From: Methylophilaceae bacterium
GTDB taxonomy: Bacteria; Pseudomonadota; Gammaproteobacteria; Burkholderiales; Methylophilaceae
Direction of reading: 5' to 3'
NCBI GenBank assembly: GCA_027488395.1
Contig: JAIYBT010000015.1
Location: forward strand, 116,679 to 180,678
DNA: 64,000 bases
Shown one piece after another: positions 1 through 12,584 of this stretch. Both the position numbers and the translations under genes were made by a program. How positions within the stretch are numbered: position 1 is the first letter of the stretch; every line of letters begins with the position of its first letter. A model generated the notes under the pieces. That model made no database searches. It had not been told where the DNA came from and saw only the letters and a list, made by a program, of their open reading frames with translations.

Positions 1-491
1 ACACCTGCACCGCCAAACAAACCAACTTTACCGCCTTTAGCAAACGGGCAAACCAAATCAATCACTTTAATGCCGGTTTCAAGTAAATCGACAGAAGGCG
101 ATAATTCTTCAAACGCAGGGGCTTTTTGGTGAATAGAACGGAATTCTTGAGAGTCGATTGGACCTACTTCATCGATAGGGCGACCTAATACGTCCATGAT
201 GCGGCCTAAGGTGCCTTCACCGACAGGTACTGAAATTGCAGCCCCCGTATTTTTAAAAGCGGTACCACGTGCTAAACCGTCTGATGAACCCATAGCAATG
301 GTACGGACAATGCCGTCACCGAGTTGCTGTTGCACTTCTAATGTCAAACCAGCTTCAGCTTTGGAGTCATTGTCGTCAATAATTAACGCATCAAAAACTT
401 TAGGCATATGATCACGTGGAAACTCAACGTCAACCACTGCGCCAATACACTGTACTACTTTACCTGTTACTGCTTGATTTGCCTTTGCCAT
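1..491 (-). CDS. atpD: F0F1 ATP synthase subunit beta (N-terminal part; runs off window start)
   Basis: Manual translation from ATG at 491: [24 protein letters not shown]...[13 protein letters not shown]...[27 protein letters not shown]; directly follows atpG. Missing from the ORF track because it is truncated. Confidence 0.97.
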   Translation of the reverse strand, partial: MAKANQAVTGKVVQCIGAVVDVEFPRDHMPKVFDALIIDDNDSKAEAGLTLEVQQQLGDGIVRTIAMGSSDGLARGTAFKNTGAAISVPVGEGTLGRIMDVLGRPIDEVGPIDSQEFRSIHQKAPAFEELSPSVDLLETGIKVIDLVCPFAKGGKVGLFGGAG

Positions 492-557
492 TTTCTTTCC
501 TAACTGTATAGAGTCAGATTCAATAAAATTCTTTTTAAAGTGCTGTTCGTCAGCACC

Positions 558-1427
558 TTATGAGGAAACTGCTGCTGCACCACCGACGATTTCTGAAATC
601 TCTTTGGTAATTGCAGCTTGACGCGCTTTGTTGTACACCAATTTCAGTTCACCGATCACACTCTTCGCGTTATCTGAAGCAGATTTCATGGCAACCATAC
701 GTGCAGATTGCTCGGAAGCCATGTTCTCGGCAACCGCGTTGTAGACCAATGATTCGATATAGCGTGTCATTAATTCATCTACAACAGGTTTTGCTTCTGG
801 CTCGTAAATGTAATCCCAATGACCTTCAGCACTGCCCAATTGCTCACCACTTAAAGGCAACAATTGTTGCATGGTAGGCTCTTGTTTCATGGTGTTGATG
901 AACTTGGTATAGCAGATGTAAAGCTGATCAATTTCACCAGCAATATAAGCATCCAGCATGACTTTGATTGTACCAATCAGTTTTTCAAGATGCGGGGCAT
1001 CACCCAAGCCTGTGATGTGTGATTTTACTTGCGCACCAATGCGGTTCATAAAACCAAACCCTTTATTACCAATGGCGCTGACTTGGATGCCTTTGCCAGA
1101 AGATTCCCAGGTTTTCATCTGATTGAGCGACATTCTTAATACGTTGGTGTTTAAACCACCGCATAAGCCTTTGTCAGAACTGACGACAATTAAACCAATG
1201 TTTTTTACATCTTCACGTTTGACTAAAAACGGATGACGATACTCAGATTGGGCAAAAGAAAGGTGCGCTGCTGCGTTACGAATTTTCTCTGCGTAAGGAC
1301 GTGATGCGCGCATTCTATCTTGCGCTTTACGCATTTTAGAGGCAGCCACCATTTCCATTGCTTTGGTGATCTTACGTGTATTTTCTACACTTTTGATCTT
1401 GGTTCTAATCTCTTTACTACCTGCCAT
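558..1427 (-). CDS. atpG: ATP synthase subunit gamma
   Basis: [53 protein letters not shown]; operon position. Confidence 0.98.
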   Translation of the reverse strand: MAGSKEIRTKIKSVENTRKITKAMEMVAASKMRKAQDRMRASRPYAEKIRNAAAHLSFAQSEYRHPFLVKREDVKNIGLIVVSSDKGLCGGLNTNVLRMSLNQMKTWESSGKGIQVSAIGNKGFGFMNRIGAQVKSHITGLGDAPHLEKLIGTIKVMLDAYIAGEIDQLYICYTKFINTMKQEPTMQQLLPLSGEQLGSAEGHWDYIYEPEAKPVVDELMTRYIESLVYNAVAENMASEQSARMVAMKSASDNAKSVIGELKLVYNKARQAAITKEISEIVGGAAAVSS

Positions 1428-1476
1428 ATTAGTGTCCTAAATCCAATTAGTGATCTAAAGTTTAGTCGTCTAGAGA

Positions 1477-3018
1477 TTAGTAGGCGCTAGAAGCTTTAAA
1501 GTCTTGAATGGCGGCATCTAAGGCTTTTTCGTTATCCGCGTTTAAGTCTTTGCTGCTTTCAATCGCATCCATGATGTTTTTGTATTTAGCATTCAAGAAA
1601 CCATGTAATGCATTTTCAAATGCGAGTACTTTATTGGTTGCAACATCGTCAAAATAACCTTTGTTTGCTGCAAACAAACTGACTGCCATGTTTGAAACAT
1701 TTAAAGGAGCATATTGTGCTTGTTTCATTAACTCAGTAAACATACGGCCACGATCCAACTGTTTACGGGTTGCTTCATCTAAATCTGATGCAAACTGGGC
1801 AAACGCAGCCAATTCACGGTATTGCGCAAGCGCTAAACGTACGCCACCACCCAATTTTTTAATGACTTTAGTTTGAGCGGCTCCACCCACGCGAGACACA
1901 GAAATACCTGCATTAATGGCTGGACGAATACCCGCGTTAAACAAGTCAGTTTCCAAGAAGATCTGACCATCGGTAATGGAAATCACGTTGGTCGGTACGA
2001 ACGCTGACACGTCACCTGCTTGTGTTTCAATCACTGGCAATGCAGTCAATGAACCTGTTTTACCTTTAACTTCGCCGTTGGTGAATTTTTCAACGTACTC
2101 TTCATTAACGCGTGCTGCACGCTCTAACAAACGTGAGTGGATGTAGAACACATCGCCAGGATACGCTTCACGACCTGGTGGACGACGTAATAGTAATGAA
2201 ATTTGACGGTAAGCCACGGCTTGTTTTGACAAGTCATCATACACAATCAATGCGTCTTGGCCGCGATCACGGAAATATTCACCCATGGTGCAACCTGAGT
2301 ACGGTGCCAAGAATTGTAATGCAGCTGAGTCAGAAGCAGAGGCTGCAACAATAATGGTATAGGCCATTGCGCCGTGCTCTTCTAATTTGCGTACCACGTT
2401 AGCAATGGTTGAAGCTTTTTGACCTACTGCAACGTAGATACAGGTCATGTTTTGACCTTTTTGATTAATGATGGCATCGACTGCAACGGCTGTTTTACCA
2501 GTTTGACGGTCACCAATAATCAATTCACGTTGTCCACGACCAACAGGGACCATGGAGTCCACTGATTTCAAACCAGTTTGCACAGGTTGTGAAACGGATT
2601 TACGCGCAATCACACCTGGCGCAATTTTTTCAATTTTGTCGGTTAGTTTTGCATTGACTGGGCCTTTGCCATCAATTGGCTGACCCAAAGCGTTCACGAC
2701 ACGACCAATCAGTTCTGGACCAACGGGTACTTCCAAAATACGGCCTGTACATTTACAGACGTCACCTTCGGTAATGTGTTCATAATCACCCAGTACCACT
2801 GCGCCCACTGAATCGCGCTCCAGGTTTAACGCTAAACCAAAGGTATTGCCTGGAAACTCAATCATCTCGCCTGACATGACGTTTGATAAACCGTGTATAC
2901 GCACGATACCATCTGTCACAGAAATCACGGTACCTTGGGTACGTGCTTCAGCGGTAGTAGAGAAGTTTTCTAAACGGCTTTTAATAAGCTCGCTAATCTC
3001 GGATGTTGATAACTGCAT
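1477..3018 (-). CDS. atpA: ATP synthase subunit alpha
   Basis: Walker [24 protein letters not shown], 513 aa. Confidence 0.99.
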   Translation of the reverse strand: MQLSTSEISELIKSRLENFSTTAEARTQGTVISVTDGIVRIHGLSNVMSGEMIEFPGNTFGLALNLERDSVGAVVLGDYEHITEGDVCKCTGRILEVPVGPELIGRVVNALGQPIDGKGPVNAKLTDKIEKIAPGVIARKSVSQPVQTGLKSVDSMVPVGRGQRELIIGDRQTGKTAVAVDAIINQKGQNMTCIYVAVGQKASTIANVVRKLEEHGAMAYTIIVAASASDSAALQFLAPYSGCTMGEYFRDRGQDALIVYDDLSKQAVAYRQISLLLRRPPGREAYPGDVFYIHSRLLERAARVNEEYVEKFTNGEVKGKTGSLTALPVIETQAGDVSAFVPTNVISITDGQIFLETDLFNAGIRPAINAGISVSRVGGAAQTKVIKKLGGGVRLALAQYRELAAFAQFASDLDEATRKQLDRGRMFTELMKQAQYAPLNVSNMAVSLFAANKGYFDDVATNKVLAFENALHGFLNAKYKNIMDAIESSKDLNADNEKALDAAIQDFKASSAY

Positions 3019-3034
3019 TTAAATCTCCTATGCC

Positions 3035-3571
3035 TTATGCTGTGAGCGTGTAGGCTAAATTTTGTAACTGACCTTGGACTGACGCGTCGATAACGGTGTC
3101 GCCAACAATAATTTTGATGCCGCCAATAATGTCAGGATCTACCGACACTGTGGCTTCAATTTTCTTGCCGAATTTAGCTTCTAAACGCTTCACCAAATCT
3201 TTGGTTTGCGTTGCTGTGATTTTTGCCGCGGCAATGATGGTTGCATCAAGCGTACCTTCGTCTTGAGCTTTTAAGGCTTCAAACGCTTCAGCAATGGCTG
3301 GCAATAAGGATAAACGGCCGTATTCAACCAAGATCTTGATTAAGTTTTGTCCTTGCTCGTTCAGATGTTCGCCACATACTTTAATAAATGTGGTTTCAAC
3401 TTCTGAAGCGTCTAGCTTAGGGTTATCAATCAAGCTTTTAATTTGTGCATCGACAGCAACAGCTGCTGCAAATGCGAGCATTTCAGACCAAACGGGGAGT
3501 GCCTTTTGTTCTTTACCTAACTTGTAGGCGGCAACAGCGTAAGGTCGTGCAATGGTTGAGAGTTCAGCCAT
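3035..3571 (-). CDS. atpH: ATP synthase subunit delta
   Basis: MAELSTIARPYA N-terminus, IIGGIKIIVGDTVIDASV C-terminus. Confidence 0.97.
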   Translation of the reverse strand: MAELSTIARPYAVAAYKLGKEQKALPVWSEMLAFAAAVAVDAQIKSLIDNPKLDASEVETTFIKVCGEHLNEQGQNLIKILVEYGRLSLLPAIAEAFEALKAQDEGTLDATIIAAAKITATQTKDLVKRLEAKFGKKIEATVSVDPDIIGGIKIIVGDTVIDASVQGQLQNLAYTLTA

Positions 3572-3593
3572 AACTTATCCTTTTTCCTAAGCC

Positions 3594-4064
3594 TTACAGT
3601 TCTGCTGCCAATGTGGCCAACATTTCGCTATGTGCTTTTGCATCAATTTCTTTACGTAAAATTTTCTCAGCACCAGCAATGGCGAGTTCAGACACTTGCG
3701 CACGCAAGCCTTCTTTCGCACGATTGACCTCTTGCTCGATCTCAGCTTTAGCACCAGTAATAATGCGATCGCCTTCAACCTTTGCATTGGTTTTGGCTTC
3801 TTCCACCAATTGCGCAGCGCGTTTTTCGGCTTGACCGATAATTTCACTGGCTTTTAACTTGGCTTCGTTTAATGTGGCTTCAGATTTCTTTGCAGCCACT
3901 TCTAATGCGCTTTTACCTTCTTGTGCAGCCGCCAGACCATCAGCGATTTCTTTTTGGCGTGTTTCAATCGCTGATAATAGCGGCGGCCAAACAAATTTCA
4001 CTGTGAACCAAATCAACACTGCAAATGCAATCGCTTGCGCGACGAGTGTGAAATTAATATTCAT
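3594..4064 (-). CDS. atpF: ATP synthase subunit b
   Basis: MNINFTL, single TM helix, then long charged coiled coil. Confidence 0.97.
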   Translation of the reverse strand: MNINFTLVAQAIAFAVLIWFTVKFVWPPLLSAIETRQKEIADGLAAAQEGKSALEVAAKKSEATLNEAKLKASEIIGQAEKRAAQLVEEAKTNAKVEGDRIITGAKAEIEQEVNRAKEGLRAQVSELAIAGAEKILRKEIDAKAHSEMLATLAAEL

Positions 4065-4127
4065 TTTTGATCCATGTCATAAATTGTTGAAAGGTTTAAG
4101 CAGACCTTAAACCCCTTGCGTTGAAGA

Positions 4128-4406
<279 letters not shown>

Positions 4407-4448
4407 CTAAAAAGAATTAAAACAACAACAAATGAATACACATTAAAT

Positions 4449-5270
4449 TTAGTGCGATTCATGCGCCATGGCTAAATACACCACAGTCAACATCATGAAA
4501 ATAAACGCTTGTAAGGCCACAATCAAAATGTGGAAGATTGACCAACCAGCTGCCAAGATTGCTCCAAACACGGTACCCGCTAAACCTGTGGCTGCCCACA
4601 TCCCTAGCAATAAGAAGATGATTTCACCTGCATACATGTTGCCAAACAACCGCAGGGAGTGTGAAAGGGGTTTTGAAACGTATTCGATTAAGTTGAATAA
4701 GAAGTTTGCAGGCCAAACCAAAGGATTGCTACCAAAAGGCGCACAGAACAGTTCGTGTATCCAACCACCCAAGCCTTTGGCTTTGATAGAGAAGAAAATC
4801 ATTAAGAACCATACCGCCAAAGCCAATGCAAAAGTAGTATTAATATCTGAGGTAGGCACAGCACGCCAGTGCTCAAAACCAAGTGCGTGCATCAAAGCCG
4901 CAAAAATATCGACGGGCAGGAAATCCATGGCGTTCATGGCAAATACCCATAAAAATACTGTCAGTGCGGTTGGTGCGATAAACGAATGGCGATCACCGTG
5001 AAAAATGTTTTTCACTTGATCATCGACAAAACCAAACACCAGCTCAACAAAAGCTTGACGTTTAGTGGGTACACCGCTGGTAGCGCCACGTGCAATCCAC
5101 CACACAAAGCCCATCACCAACACACCCAAAATGACTGACATGGCTAAAGTGTCGACATGCAATGTCCAGAAACTGGTATCGCCGACCGATTGTGCATTAA
5201 AGCCCAAATGATGTTCAATGTAACTCGATGGTGTCATTGGTGTTGCAGATTGTGCGTGTTCAGTTGTCAT
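4449..5270 (-). CDS. atpB: ATP synthase subunit a
   Basis: [28 protein letters not shown]. Confidence 0.97.
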   Translation of the reverse strand: MTTEHAQSATPMTPSSYIEHHLGFNAQSVGDTSFWTLHVDTLAMSVILGVLVMGFVWWIARGATSGVPTKRQAFVELVFGFVDDQVKNIFHGDRHSFIAPTALTVFLWVFAMNAMDFLPVDIFAALMHALGFEHWRAVPTSDINTTFALALAVWFLMIFFSIKAKGLGGWIHELFCAPFGSNPLVWPANFLFNLIEYVSKPLSHSLRLFGNMYAGEIIFLLLGMWAATGLAGTVFGAILAAGWSIFHILIVALQAFIFMMLTVVYLAMAHESH

Positions 5271-5298
5271 AATCTCAAACGATATTAATTAAATTTGT

Positions 5299-5703
5299 TT
5301 ATATGTTTACATCTGACTTTGCGAGCGCCGCACCTGAAAACAAGGCTGCCGCCGCTAAGCCTGCAATCAGCGCAAAAGGCACCAACGCAAGGTATAACTT
5401 AAACACCGCTAACAACACGACAGCGATGACAATAATCTTGATTAACTCTGCTTTCAGCAAATTGAGCAATACTGCGGTCGGTTGCTGCAACCGATGTCCA
5501 CGGGCAACGATCTTGGTTGCAATCCATGCACCGATAATGACTGCACAGCCACCCAACAACGCCGAAAATGCTGCTTCGTGACTGCCTAACCAGCAGGCCA
5601 CTAACGCAACCGTTAAACTCGCTAACAATTGATATTGCAACATGTTGCGATACATTTGACGCTGCGCCACAACGTGGTTTAAATCAGAGGTTGGCGGTTG
5701 CAT
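5299..5703 (-). CDS. atpI: ATP synthase protein I
   Basis: Four hydrophobic segments, AELIKII motif, first gene of the atp operon. Confidence 0.85.
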   Translation of the reverse strand: MQPPTSDLNHVVAQRQMYRNMLQYQLLASLTVALVACWLGSHEAAFSALLGGCAVIIGAWIATKIVARGHRLQQPTAVLLNLLKAELIKIIVIAVVLLAVFKLYLALVPFALIAGLAAAALFSGAALAKSDVNI

Positions 5704-5836
5704 AAATGTGGGTGTTTGCTTGAAAGACGCGAGATTTTGAATTATCCCTTGGGTTAAGTCAAGCAGAACACATACGTTAACTGACTGAATGCGTGGGAAA
5801 AAACGCTTTATTGGTCAAATTGGCTGTTTTTGTGCG

Positions 5837-6682
5837 TTAAGCACGCAGTTTTGCGATCCATTCTTCCAATTGATCTAATTGACTGTAACTTAATTTAATC
5901 ACGCCTGCGCCGTTCGCCTTGGTGGTGATGACAACGTCAGCGCCCAATTCATCACTGAGCTGACGTTGTAGATGTGCAATATCAGCATTCACGGATGCTT
6001 TAATTTTTTTCCCAGTATTAGGCGCTTGTTGAATAATGCGTTCAATCTCGCGCACCGACAATTGCTCATTGACAACTTTGTTGGCTAATAACATTTGTTG
6101 CGCTGGCTCGATACCAATCAGCGCCCTGGCATGACCCATGTCAATTTGGTTATCCAACAACATGTCTTGCACCAAGGGAGTGAGGGTTAATAGTCGCAAT
6201 AAATTTGAAACGGCTACCCGTGAACGGCCCACGGCTTCCGCCGCTTTTTCATGCGTCATTGCAAATTCATCAATCAAGCGCTTAATCCCCATGGCTTCTT
6301 CTAATGGATTTAAGTTTTCGCGTTGTATATTTTCTATCAATGCCATGGCGAGGGCGGCTTCATCGGCAATGTCGCGCACAATCACAGGCACTTCCAGTAA
6401 ACCTGCTTTTTGAGCCGCTCGCCAACGACGCTCACCGGCAATGATTTCGTATTGTTCGTGCGCAATTTCACGCACTAAAATTGGTTGCATGATGCCTTGG
6501 GCTCGAATCGAGTCCGCCAATGTTTGCAATGCTTCTTCGTTCATATTTGAACGTGGTTGATATTTGCCTGGCCTTAACTGGACGGGTGAGACATTGCGTA
6601 GACTGTCTGCAGTGGTGGTTTCGTCGTCATCCCCTGCCAATAAAGCGTCTAAGCCTCGTCCTAATCCTTTTAGTTTCACCAT
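5837..6682 (-). CDS. parB: Chromosome partitioning protein ParB
   Basis: GLGRGLDALL, YQPR, IIAGERRWRA, ENIQRENLNPLEEA, HTH GRSRVAVSNLLRLL. Confidence 0.97.
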   Translation of the reverse strand: MVKLKGLGRGLDALLAGDDDETTTADSLRNVSPVQLRPGKYQPRSNMNEEALQTLADSIRAQGIMQPILVREIAHEQYEIIAGERRWRAAQKAGLLEVPVIVRDIADEAALAMALIENIQRENLNPLEEAMGIKRLIDEFAMTHEKAAEAVGRSRVAVSNLLRLLTLTPLVQDMLLDNQIDMGHARALIGIEPAQQMLLANKVVNEQLSVREIERIIQQAPNTGKKIKASVNADIAHLQRQLSDELGADVVITTKANGAGVIKLSYSQLDQLEEWIAKLRA

Positions 6683-6695
6683 GCTATTTTTTCCT

Positions 6696-7460
6696 TTAAT
6701 GGCTATTTTTTTGAATAATTTCTTGTGCCAACTCTAAATAAGCCTGAGCACCTTTGGAGGCACGATCGTAATGCAAGACTGGCAAGCCGTAACTTGGCGC
6801 CTCTGCCAAGCGAATGTTGCGCGGAATAATGCTCTCGTATACTTTTTTGCCGAAATGACTCACCAATTGCGCAGATACCTGTTGTGCTAGCATATTACGG
6901 TTATCGAACATGGTGCGCAGCAAGCCTTCTATTTCCAGCACTGGGTTTAAGTGCGCGCGTACCTTTTTGATGGTGTTGACCAAATCGGACAACCCTTCAA
7001 GCGCGTAGTATTCGCATTGCATGGGGATCATCACCGAGTGGGCCGCCGTTAATGCATTGACGGTCACCAGATTGAGGGCAGGCGGGCAATCTAACAACAC
7101 ATAATCATAGGCGTCATTCAGTTTTAAAATGGCCTGCTTGAGTCTGGTCTCACGCGCCAATTCATTGACCAGTTCCACTTCCGCTCCCGCTAAATCTCGA
7201 TTCGACGGTGCCACATCAAATTTGGACACTACACTGGTCACCACCACTTCTTGCAACGTCCGATTACCGATCAAAACTTGATAAATACTGTCTTTTAAAT
7301 GCGATTTATCAATACCGCTACCGGTGCTGGCGTTGCCTTGTGGATCTAAATCGACCAACAACACTTTTTGTCCAAGCTCAGCCAAGCTGGCCGCCAAGTT
7401 AACGCAGGTAGTGGTTTTTCCAACGCCCCCTTTTTGATTGGTTATTGCGATCACTCTCAT
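6696..7460 (-). CDS. parA: Chromosome partitioning ATPase ParA/Soj
   Basis: Deviant Walker [32 protein letters not shown]. Confidence 0.97.
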   Translation of the reverse strand: MRVIAITNQKGGVGKTTTCVNLAASLAELGQKVLLVDLDPQGNASTGSGIDKSHLKDSIYQVLIGNRTLQEVVVTSVVSKFDVAPSNRDLAGAEVELVNELARETRLKQAILKLNDAYDYVLLDCPPALNLVTVNALTAAHSVMIPMQCEYYALEGLSDLVNTIKKVRAHLNPVLEIEGLLRTMFDNRNMLAQQVSAQLVSHFGKKVYESIIPRNIRLAEAPSYGLPVLHYDRASKGAQAYLELAQEIIQKNSH

Positions 7461-8086
7461 GCTGGGTTCTCAAATACGACTAAATGTCTTTCTGCATCAA
7501 GCTGCGGCACCTGTAACCGGATCACTTGGCTGGGCACTACACCCGCTTGCTGTAATTCTTGATCAGGCCTTACCCCCTTCATGGCTAACCATTGTCCGTG
7601 AGGTGCAAGTAAATGTGCGGTGAGCTGTTTAAACAATGCTATTTCCGAAAAAGCGCGAGAAATGATTTGGGTATAGGGTAATGTAGGTTGATGCTGCTCT
7701 ACGCGATCATGCACCACCTGTAAATTCTCAAGTTGCAATTCAGCCTTTACTTGCCGCATAAAAATGGTTTTTTTTTGCACGGTATCAATGGTGGTGACTT
7801 GCACATCCGGGCGGGTAATTGCAATGATGATGCCCGGTAAACCGCCGCCACTACCCACATCCAACAATCTACCGCATTGAATGTGTGAAACAACACTTAA
7901 ACTATCCAACACATGCAACACCAACATGTCTTGCGGTGCTCGCACGGCTGTCAGGTTGTAAACTTTATTCCACTTTTGCAATAACGCCATATACGCTAAA
8001 CATTGCACCTGCATGGCCTCGTTTACCACCGCGTGCAAACCCAAGGCATCAATGCCTGCTGCCAATTGGCGCTCAAAAGACATCAT
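7457..8086 (-). CDS. rsmG: 16S rRNA m7G527 methyltransferase RsmG (GidB)
   Basis: [24 protein letters not shown]; position after mnmG. Confidence 0.96.
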   Translation of the reverse strand: MMSFERQLAAGIDALGLHAVVNEAMQVQCLAYMALLQKWNKVYNLTAVRAPQDMLVLHVLDSLSVVSHIQCGRLLDVGSGGGLPGIIIAITRPDVQVTTIDTVQKKTIFMRQVKAELQLENLQVVHDRVEQHQPTLPYTQIISRAFSEIALFKQLTAHLLAPHGQWLAMKGVRPDQELQQAGVVPSQVIRLQVPQLDAERHLVVFENPA

Positions 8087-10002
8087 GCCGCGGCAATATC
8101 GCCAGCAACGGCTTGTTTTTTATGTTTACGTTTTAAATAGACCAATAACAAGGAGATGGTCGCAGGCGTCATGCCAGGGATACGACTGGCTTGGCCTATC
8201 GTTTCGGGTTGATGTGCGCTTAATTTTTGGCGGGCTTCGTTGCTTAAGCCATGAATGTCATTGTAATCAATGGCAGCGCCCAACTTCATTTGATCCGCGC
8301 CTTTTTGTCGTGCAATTTCTTCTTTTTGTCGATCGATATAGCCTTGGTATTTCGCTGCGATTTCTACTTGTTCTTTGACGGCTTCCGCCAACGGCTCAGG
8401 CGATGGCGCGAGGGAGAGCAGGGTGTCATAACTGATCTCGGGACGACGGAGTAAATCAAATAAGGCATATTCGTGCTCTAACGCTTTGCCAAAATGTGTC
8501 AATTGCGCATCTAAGGATAAGCCCTGATTTTGCCCATTATCCGGCTGAATAAATTGTTTTTTGAGTCTGGCCTGTTCGCGCACAATGGCCTCTTGCTTTT
8601 CACTGAACGCTGCCCAACGCACATCATCCACCAAACCGAGTTTTCGACCAATTTCAGTCAGTCGCATATCTGCGTTGTCTTCGCGCAATTGCAAGCGATA
8701 TTCAGCACGGCTGGTAAACATACGGTAGGGTTCCGTCACGCCTGTCGTGATTAAATCATCCACCAATACGCCCAAATAAGCTTCTTCGCGGCTTGGACAC
8801 CAGCCTTCTTTTTCTTGTGCATACAACGCCGCGTTGGCTCCCGCTAACAACCCTTGCGCCGCGGCTTCTTCGTAACCGGTAGTGCCATTGATTTGTCCAG
8901 CAAAGAATAAACCACGGATGGCCTTGGTTTCTAAGGTGCTTTTTAAGCCTCGCGGGTCATAGTAATCATATTCAATCGCATAACCTGGGCGCAAAATGTG
9001 TGCATGTTCCAGGCCACGAATCGAACGTACCAACGCCAATTGAATATCAAACGGTAAACTGGTTGAAATACCATTCGGATAAATTTCGTGGGTAGTGAGC
9101 CCTTCTGGCTCCAGAAAAATCTGGTGCGATTCTTTGTCAGCAAACCGATGAATTTTATCTTCCACCGATGGGCAATAACGTGGACCAACGCCTTCAATGA
9201 CGCCGGTATACATAGGTGAACGATCCAGACCGCTACGAATAATGTCATGCGTTTGCGCGTTGGTATGCGTTATCCAACAAGGCAATTGGGTGGGATGTTG
9301 TCGGGCATGTCCAAGGAACGAAAATACGGGGACTGGCTGATCCCCTGGTTGCTCAGTCATGACGGCATAGTTGATGGTTCGTCCATCAATTCTCGGTGGC
9401 GTGCCTGTTTTTAAGCGACCAGCGGGTAAGCCTATTTCGCGTAATTTTGCTGCTAACGACATCGCAGGGGGATCACCTGCACGACCAGCATGGTAGTTTT
9501 GTAATCCAATATGGACCAATCCCCCTAAAAAAGTACCTGCGGTCAATACCACCGAGGTTGATTTAAAGCGAATACCAATTTGCGTGATGACGCCTGCAGC
9601 GCGGTCACCTTCCAGAATAATATCGTCAACCGCCTGCTGAAACAGCCATAAATTAGGTTGGTTTTCCAACCGATGGCGAATGGCTGCTTTGTACAAGATG
9701 CGGTCCGCTTGCGCACGGGTTGCGCGCACGGCAGGTCCTTTACTCGAATTCAGGATTCTAAATTGAATACCGCCTTCGTCAGTGGCGGCGGCCATTGCAC
9801 CACCTAAAGCATCAATTTCTTTGACCAAATGCCCCTTACCGATACCACCAATCGATGGATTGCATGACATTTGCCCCAACGTCTCAATGTTATGAGTGAG
9901 TAACAGTGTTTTTTGCCCCATGCGCGCCGCAGCCAAAGCCGCTTCGGTGCCTGCATGACCACCGCCTACCACAATCACATCAAAAGAATCTGGAAAATTC
10001 AT
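8083..10002 (-). CDS. mnmG: tRNA modification enzyme MnmG (GidA)
   Basis: [48 protein letters not shown]. Confidence 0.99.
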   Translation of the reverse strand: MNFPDSFDVIVVGGGHAGTEAALAAARMGQKTLLLTHNIETLGQMSCNPSIGGIGKGHLVKEIDALGGAMAAATDEGGIQFRILNSSKGPAVRATRAQADRILYKAAIRHRLENQPNLWLFQQAVDDIILEGDRAAGVITQIGIRFKSTSVVLTAGTFLGGLVHIGLQNYHAGRAGDPPAMSLAAKLREIGLPAGRLKTGTPPRIDGRTINYAVMTEQPGDQPVPVFSFLGHARQHPTQLPCWITHTNAQTHDIIRSGLDRSPMYTGVIEGVGPRYCPSVEDKIHRFADKESHQIFLEPEGLTTHEIYPNGISTSLPFDIQLALVRSIRGLEHAHILRPGYAIEYDYYDPRGLKSTLETKAIRGLFFAGQINGTTGYEEAAAQGLLAGANAALYAQEKEGWCPSREEAYLGVLVDDLITTGVTEPYRMFTSRAEYRLQLREDNADMRLTEIGRKLGLVDDVRWAAFSEKQEAIVREQARLKKQFIQPDNGQNQGLSLDAQLTHFGKALEHEYALFDLLRRPEISYDTLLSLAPSPEPLAEAVKEQVEIAAKYQGYIDRQKEEIARQKGADQMKLGAAIDYNDIHGLSNEARQKLSAHQPETIGQASRIPGMTPATISLLLVYLKRKHKKQAVAGDIAAA

Positions 10003-10210
10003 GAATCGGTTTGAACACCTTGATTTATAAAGAATTGTGATTTTAGCGTAAACTTGTTAAATGGTCATTCTAATCGCTACATTGTTACAACAATTCTATG
10101 GTTTAATACAAATGAATGACGCTTTAATACAATTCAATTACAAGCGCGCCATATTTGCTTAACAAAGCTTGCCTAGAATGGCCTTACAAACAATAAAAGG
10201 AGTTAACACC

Positions 10211-10645
10211 GTGAAATCAGTATTTTTAATGAGTTTAATTGGGCTTGCCTTCTCAGCATCCGCATTGGCAGACGTCACCAACGCCGAAAAATTAGTCTAC
10301 AAATACACCAACATTGCCCATTCAGTAAATGACACATTCAAAGCGCCGTCCATCACTGACGGTAAAATTTTCTTTAACCGCAAAATTACAACACCCAATG
10401 GGAAAGAAATTGCTTGTGCGTCTTGTCACACCAACAATCCTGCTAATACGGGTAAAAATTTAGTTACTGGTCGTGAGATCGCGCCATTGGCACCACGTGT
10501 GAATACGAAACGCTTTACCGATTTAGAAAAAGTCGAAGAAAAATTCACAGAACACTGTAACGATATTTTGGGTGCAGATTGTTCACCCGCCGAGAAAGCT
10601 AACTTTATTGCTTACTTGTTGACTGAAACCAAACCAACTAAATAA
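10211..10645 (+). CDS. cycA: Periplasmic monoheme cytochrome c'' (SHP/DUF1924 family)
   Basis: GTG start at 10211 after AAGGAG; signal peptide ending ALA; CASCH heme motif; distal His in FTEHC; mature N-terminus DVTNAEKLVYKYTNIAHS and C-terminus KANFIAYLLTETKPTK match my recollection of Methylophilus methylotrophus cytochrome c'' (symbol also from memory). Confidence 0.88.
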   Translation: MKSVFLMSLIGLAFSASALADVTNAEKLVYKYTNIAHSVNDTFKAPSITDGKIFFNRKITTPNGKEIACASCHTNNPANTGKNLVTGREIAPLAPRVNTKRFTDLEKVEEKFTEHCNDILGADCSPAEKANFIAYLLTETKPTK

Positions 10646-10651
10646 ACCGTT

Positions 10652-11221
10652 ATGTTGAGATACGTCTGGGATCCATTCATCAGAATATTTCACTGGTCCC
10701 TCGTGGCTGCATTTTCGTATGCTTTTTATACACATGCATCCATGTGGGATCTGCAAAAACATGCATACGCTGGCTACACGGCTGGCACTTTAATTGTGGC
10801 GCGTATCGTATGGGGATTGTTTGCCACTGGTTATGCAAACTTTCATCGCTTTCCACCCAACCCCGTTTGGGCGTTTAAATATTTATTCAAGATATTGAAA
10901 GGCACTGCCCGACATTATATTGGCCATAATCCTGTGGGTTCGATGGCAATTTACATGATGCTGGCGTTAGGCATCGTAGTGGTGGGTTCTGGTTGCATTG
11001 TATTTAACAATGGCTGGGGGTTAATTGATAGCGAAACCAGTGTTGTGATTCATCATTACGCAACTTGGACGTGGCTCGGGGTGGTGGTCATACATGTGTC
11101 AGGCGTCATTTTTGAAAGTATCATCCACCACGACAACTTAGTCTGGGCCATGATCACAGGCTGTAAGCGTGTGTGTCGCATCGAGGACCGTCCTCGCAAA
11201 AACAACCCCACTACGCACTAA
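10652..11221 (+). CDS. Di-heme cytochrome b (Ni/Fe-hydrogenase cyt b-like family)
   Basis: VWDPFIRIFHW, HNPVG, four TM His, DNLVWAMITG. Confidence 0.9.
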   Translation: MLRYVWDPFIRIFHWSLVAAFSYAFYTHASMWDLQKHAYAGYTAGTLIVARIVWGLFATGYANFHRFPPNPVWAFKYLFKILKGTARHYIGHNPVGSMAIYMMLALGIVVVGSGCIVFNNGWGLIDSETSVVIHHYATWTWLGVVVIHVSGVIFESIIHHDNLVWAMITGCKRVCRIEDRPRKNNPTTH

Positions 11222-11231
11222 ACCGTATCGG

Positions 11232-12584
11232 CTATTTGCCAATACAAAACTTACTAAAAATTTCTCCTAGCAAATCATCCGGTGAAAACTCGCCTGTGAT
11301 TTCACTTAACGCTTCTTGTGCGCCGCGCAACTCTTCGGCCACCAGCTCTGGCTGCGCCAACAATACTTCCGCTTGATTTAGGTGCGTTTCCACCCGCGAC
11401 AATGCAGCTAAGTGACGCGCCCGCGCCATAAACACACCTTCGCCACTCGGCTGATAACCCACTTCATCCAGTAATAACTGTTTTAATAAACCTAAGCCGT
11501 CGCCTGTTTTTGCCGAAAGATAAAGGTGTGGCTGTTGATCACGTATTTCTAGCCTTGCTGTTTCACGTGAAACATCAATTTTATTATGTACCCAGATCGT
11601 GGTTAACGTTGTGGGAAGCCGCGCCAAGATCGTTTCTTCAGTCACGGATACGCCATGGGTGGCATCCATCAGGATTAACGCCACTTGTGCAGTTTCAACC
11701 GCTTTCCAAGTGCGCGCAATGCCAAACTGTTCAACGGTATCCTCTGTCTCACGCAAGCCTGCGGTATCAATAACATGCAATGGTACACCATTGATTTGGA
11801 TCGCCGCCTTAATGGTATCTCGCGTGGTGCCCGCGATGGGTGTGACTATTGCGACATCCTCACCAGTCAGCGCATTCATCAAACTCGATTTGCCGACATT
11901 TGGCTGGCCGACCAAAACCACGTTGATACCTTCACGTAGCAAAGCACCTTGTTTGGCTTGTTTAAAAATATTGCGAAGTGTCGCTTGATTGGTATGCAGT
12001 TTTTCTAGCACACGCCCTTGGGTAATAAAGTCGATGTCTTCTTCAGGAAAATCTAAACACGCTTCAACATACATACGCAAGTTGATAAGTTGCGTGAGCA
12101 GTTGTTGAATTACAAATGAGAATTCACCTGATAGAGAGCGCACTGCACTACGTGCCGCCTCTGCGGTAGCTGCATTGATTAAATCTGCAACTGCTTCTGC
12201 TTGTGCGAGATCGATCTTATCGTTGAGGTATGCACGCTTGGTAAACTCGCCGGCTTCGGCATGTCGCACGCCACACGCTAGGCAACGTGCTAGTAACAAT
12301 TGCATGACTGCGGTGCCGCCATGCGCTTGTAATTCCAATACATCTTCACCCGTATAAGAATGTGGCCCAGGAAAAAATAGGGCAATGCCGCGGTCGATCA
12401 AGCTTCCATCCGCTTGGGTAAAAGCTAAGTAACTGGCTTGACGCGGTGCAGGACAGCAACCAAGGATATGATGGGCAATCTCCGCGGCTTTTGGTCCCGA
12501 GACACGAACAACCCCTATGCCACCCGCACCGTTTGCAGTAGCAATTGCTGCAATGGTTTCAACATGCGTTGGGTTATTTGCCAT
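11232..12584 (-). CDS. mnmE: tRNA modification GTPase MnmE (TrmE)
   Basis: [26 protein letters not shown]-terminus; likely start ATG 12584 (ORF track extends to 12611). Confidence 0.98.
   Translation of the reverse strand: MANNPTHVETIAAIATANGAGGIGVVRVSGPKAAEIAHHILGCCPAPRQASYLAFTQADGSLIDRGIALFFPGPHSYTGEDVLELQAHGGTAVMQLLLARCLACGVRHAEAGEFTKRAYLNDKIDLAQAEAVADLINAATAEAARSAVRSLSGEFSFVIQQLLTQLINLRMYVEACLDFPEEDIDFITQGRVLEKLHTNQATLRNIFKQAKQGALLREGINVVLVGQPNVGKSSLMNALTGEDVAIVTPIAGTTRDTIKAAIQINGVPLHVIDTAGLRETEDTVEQFGIARTWKAVETAQVALILMDATHGVSVTEETILARLPTTLTTIWVHNKIDVSRETARLEIRDQQPHLYLSAKTGDGLGLLKQLLLDEVGYQPSGEGVFMARARHLAALSRVETHLNQAEVLLAQPELVAEELRGAQEALSEITGEFSPDDLLGEIFSKFCIGK
11559..11574. promoter_or_regulatory. 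parS site inside mnmE
   Basis: Perfect palindrome TGTTTCACGTGAAACA, encoding VSRET in MnmE. Confidence 0.93.

Noticed and set aside
3587-3847. 86-aa alternative-frame ORF overlapping atpF, and similar shadow ORFs across the atp operon
   Set aside because: Fully nested in highly conserved genes, with no RBS or motif; expected by-products of codon bias.
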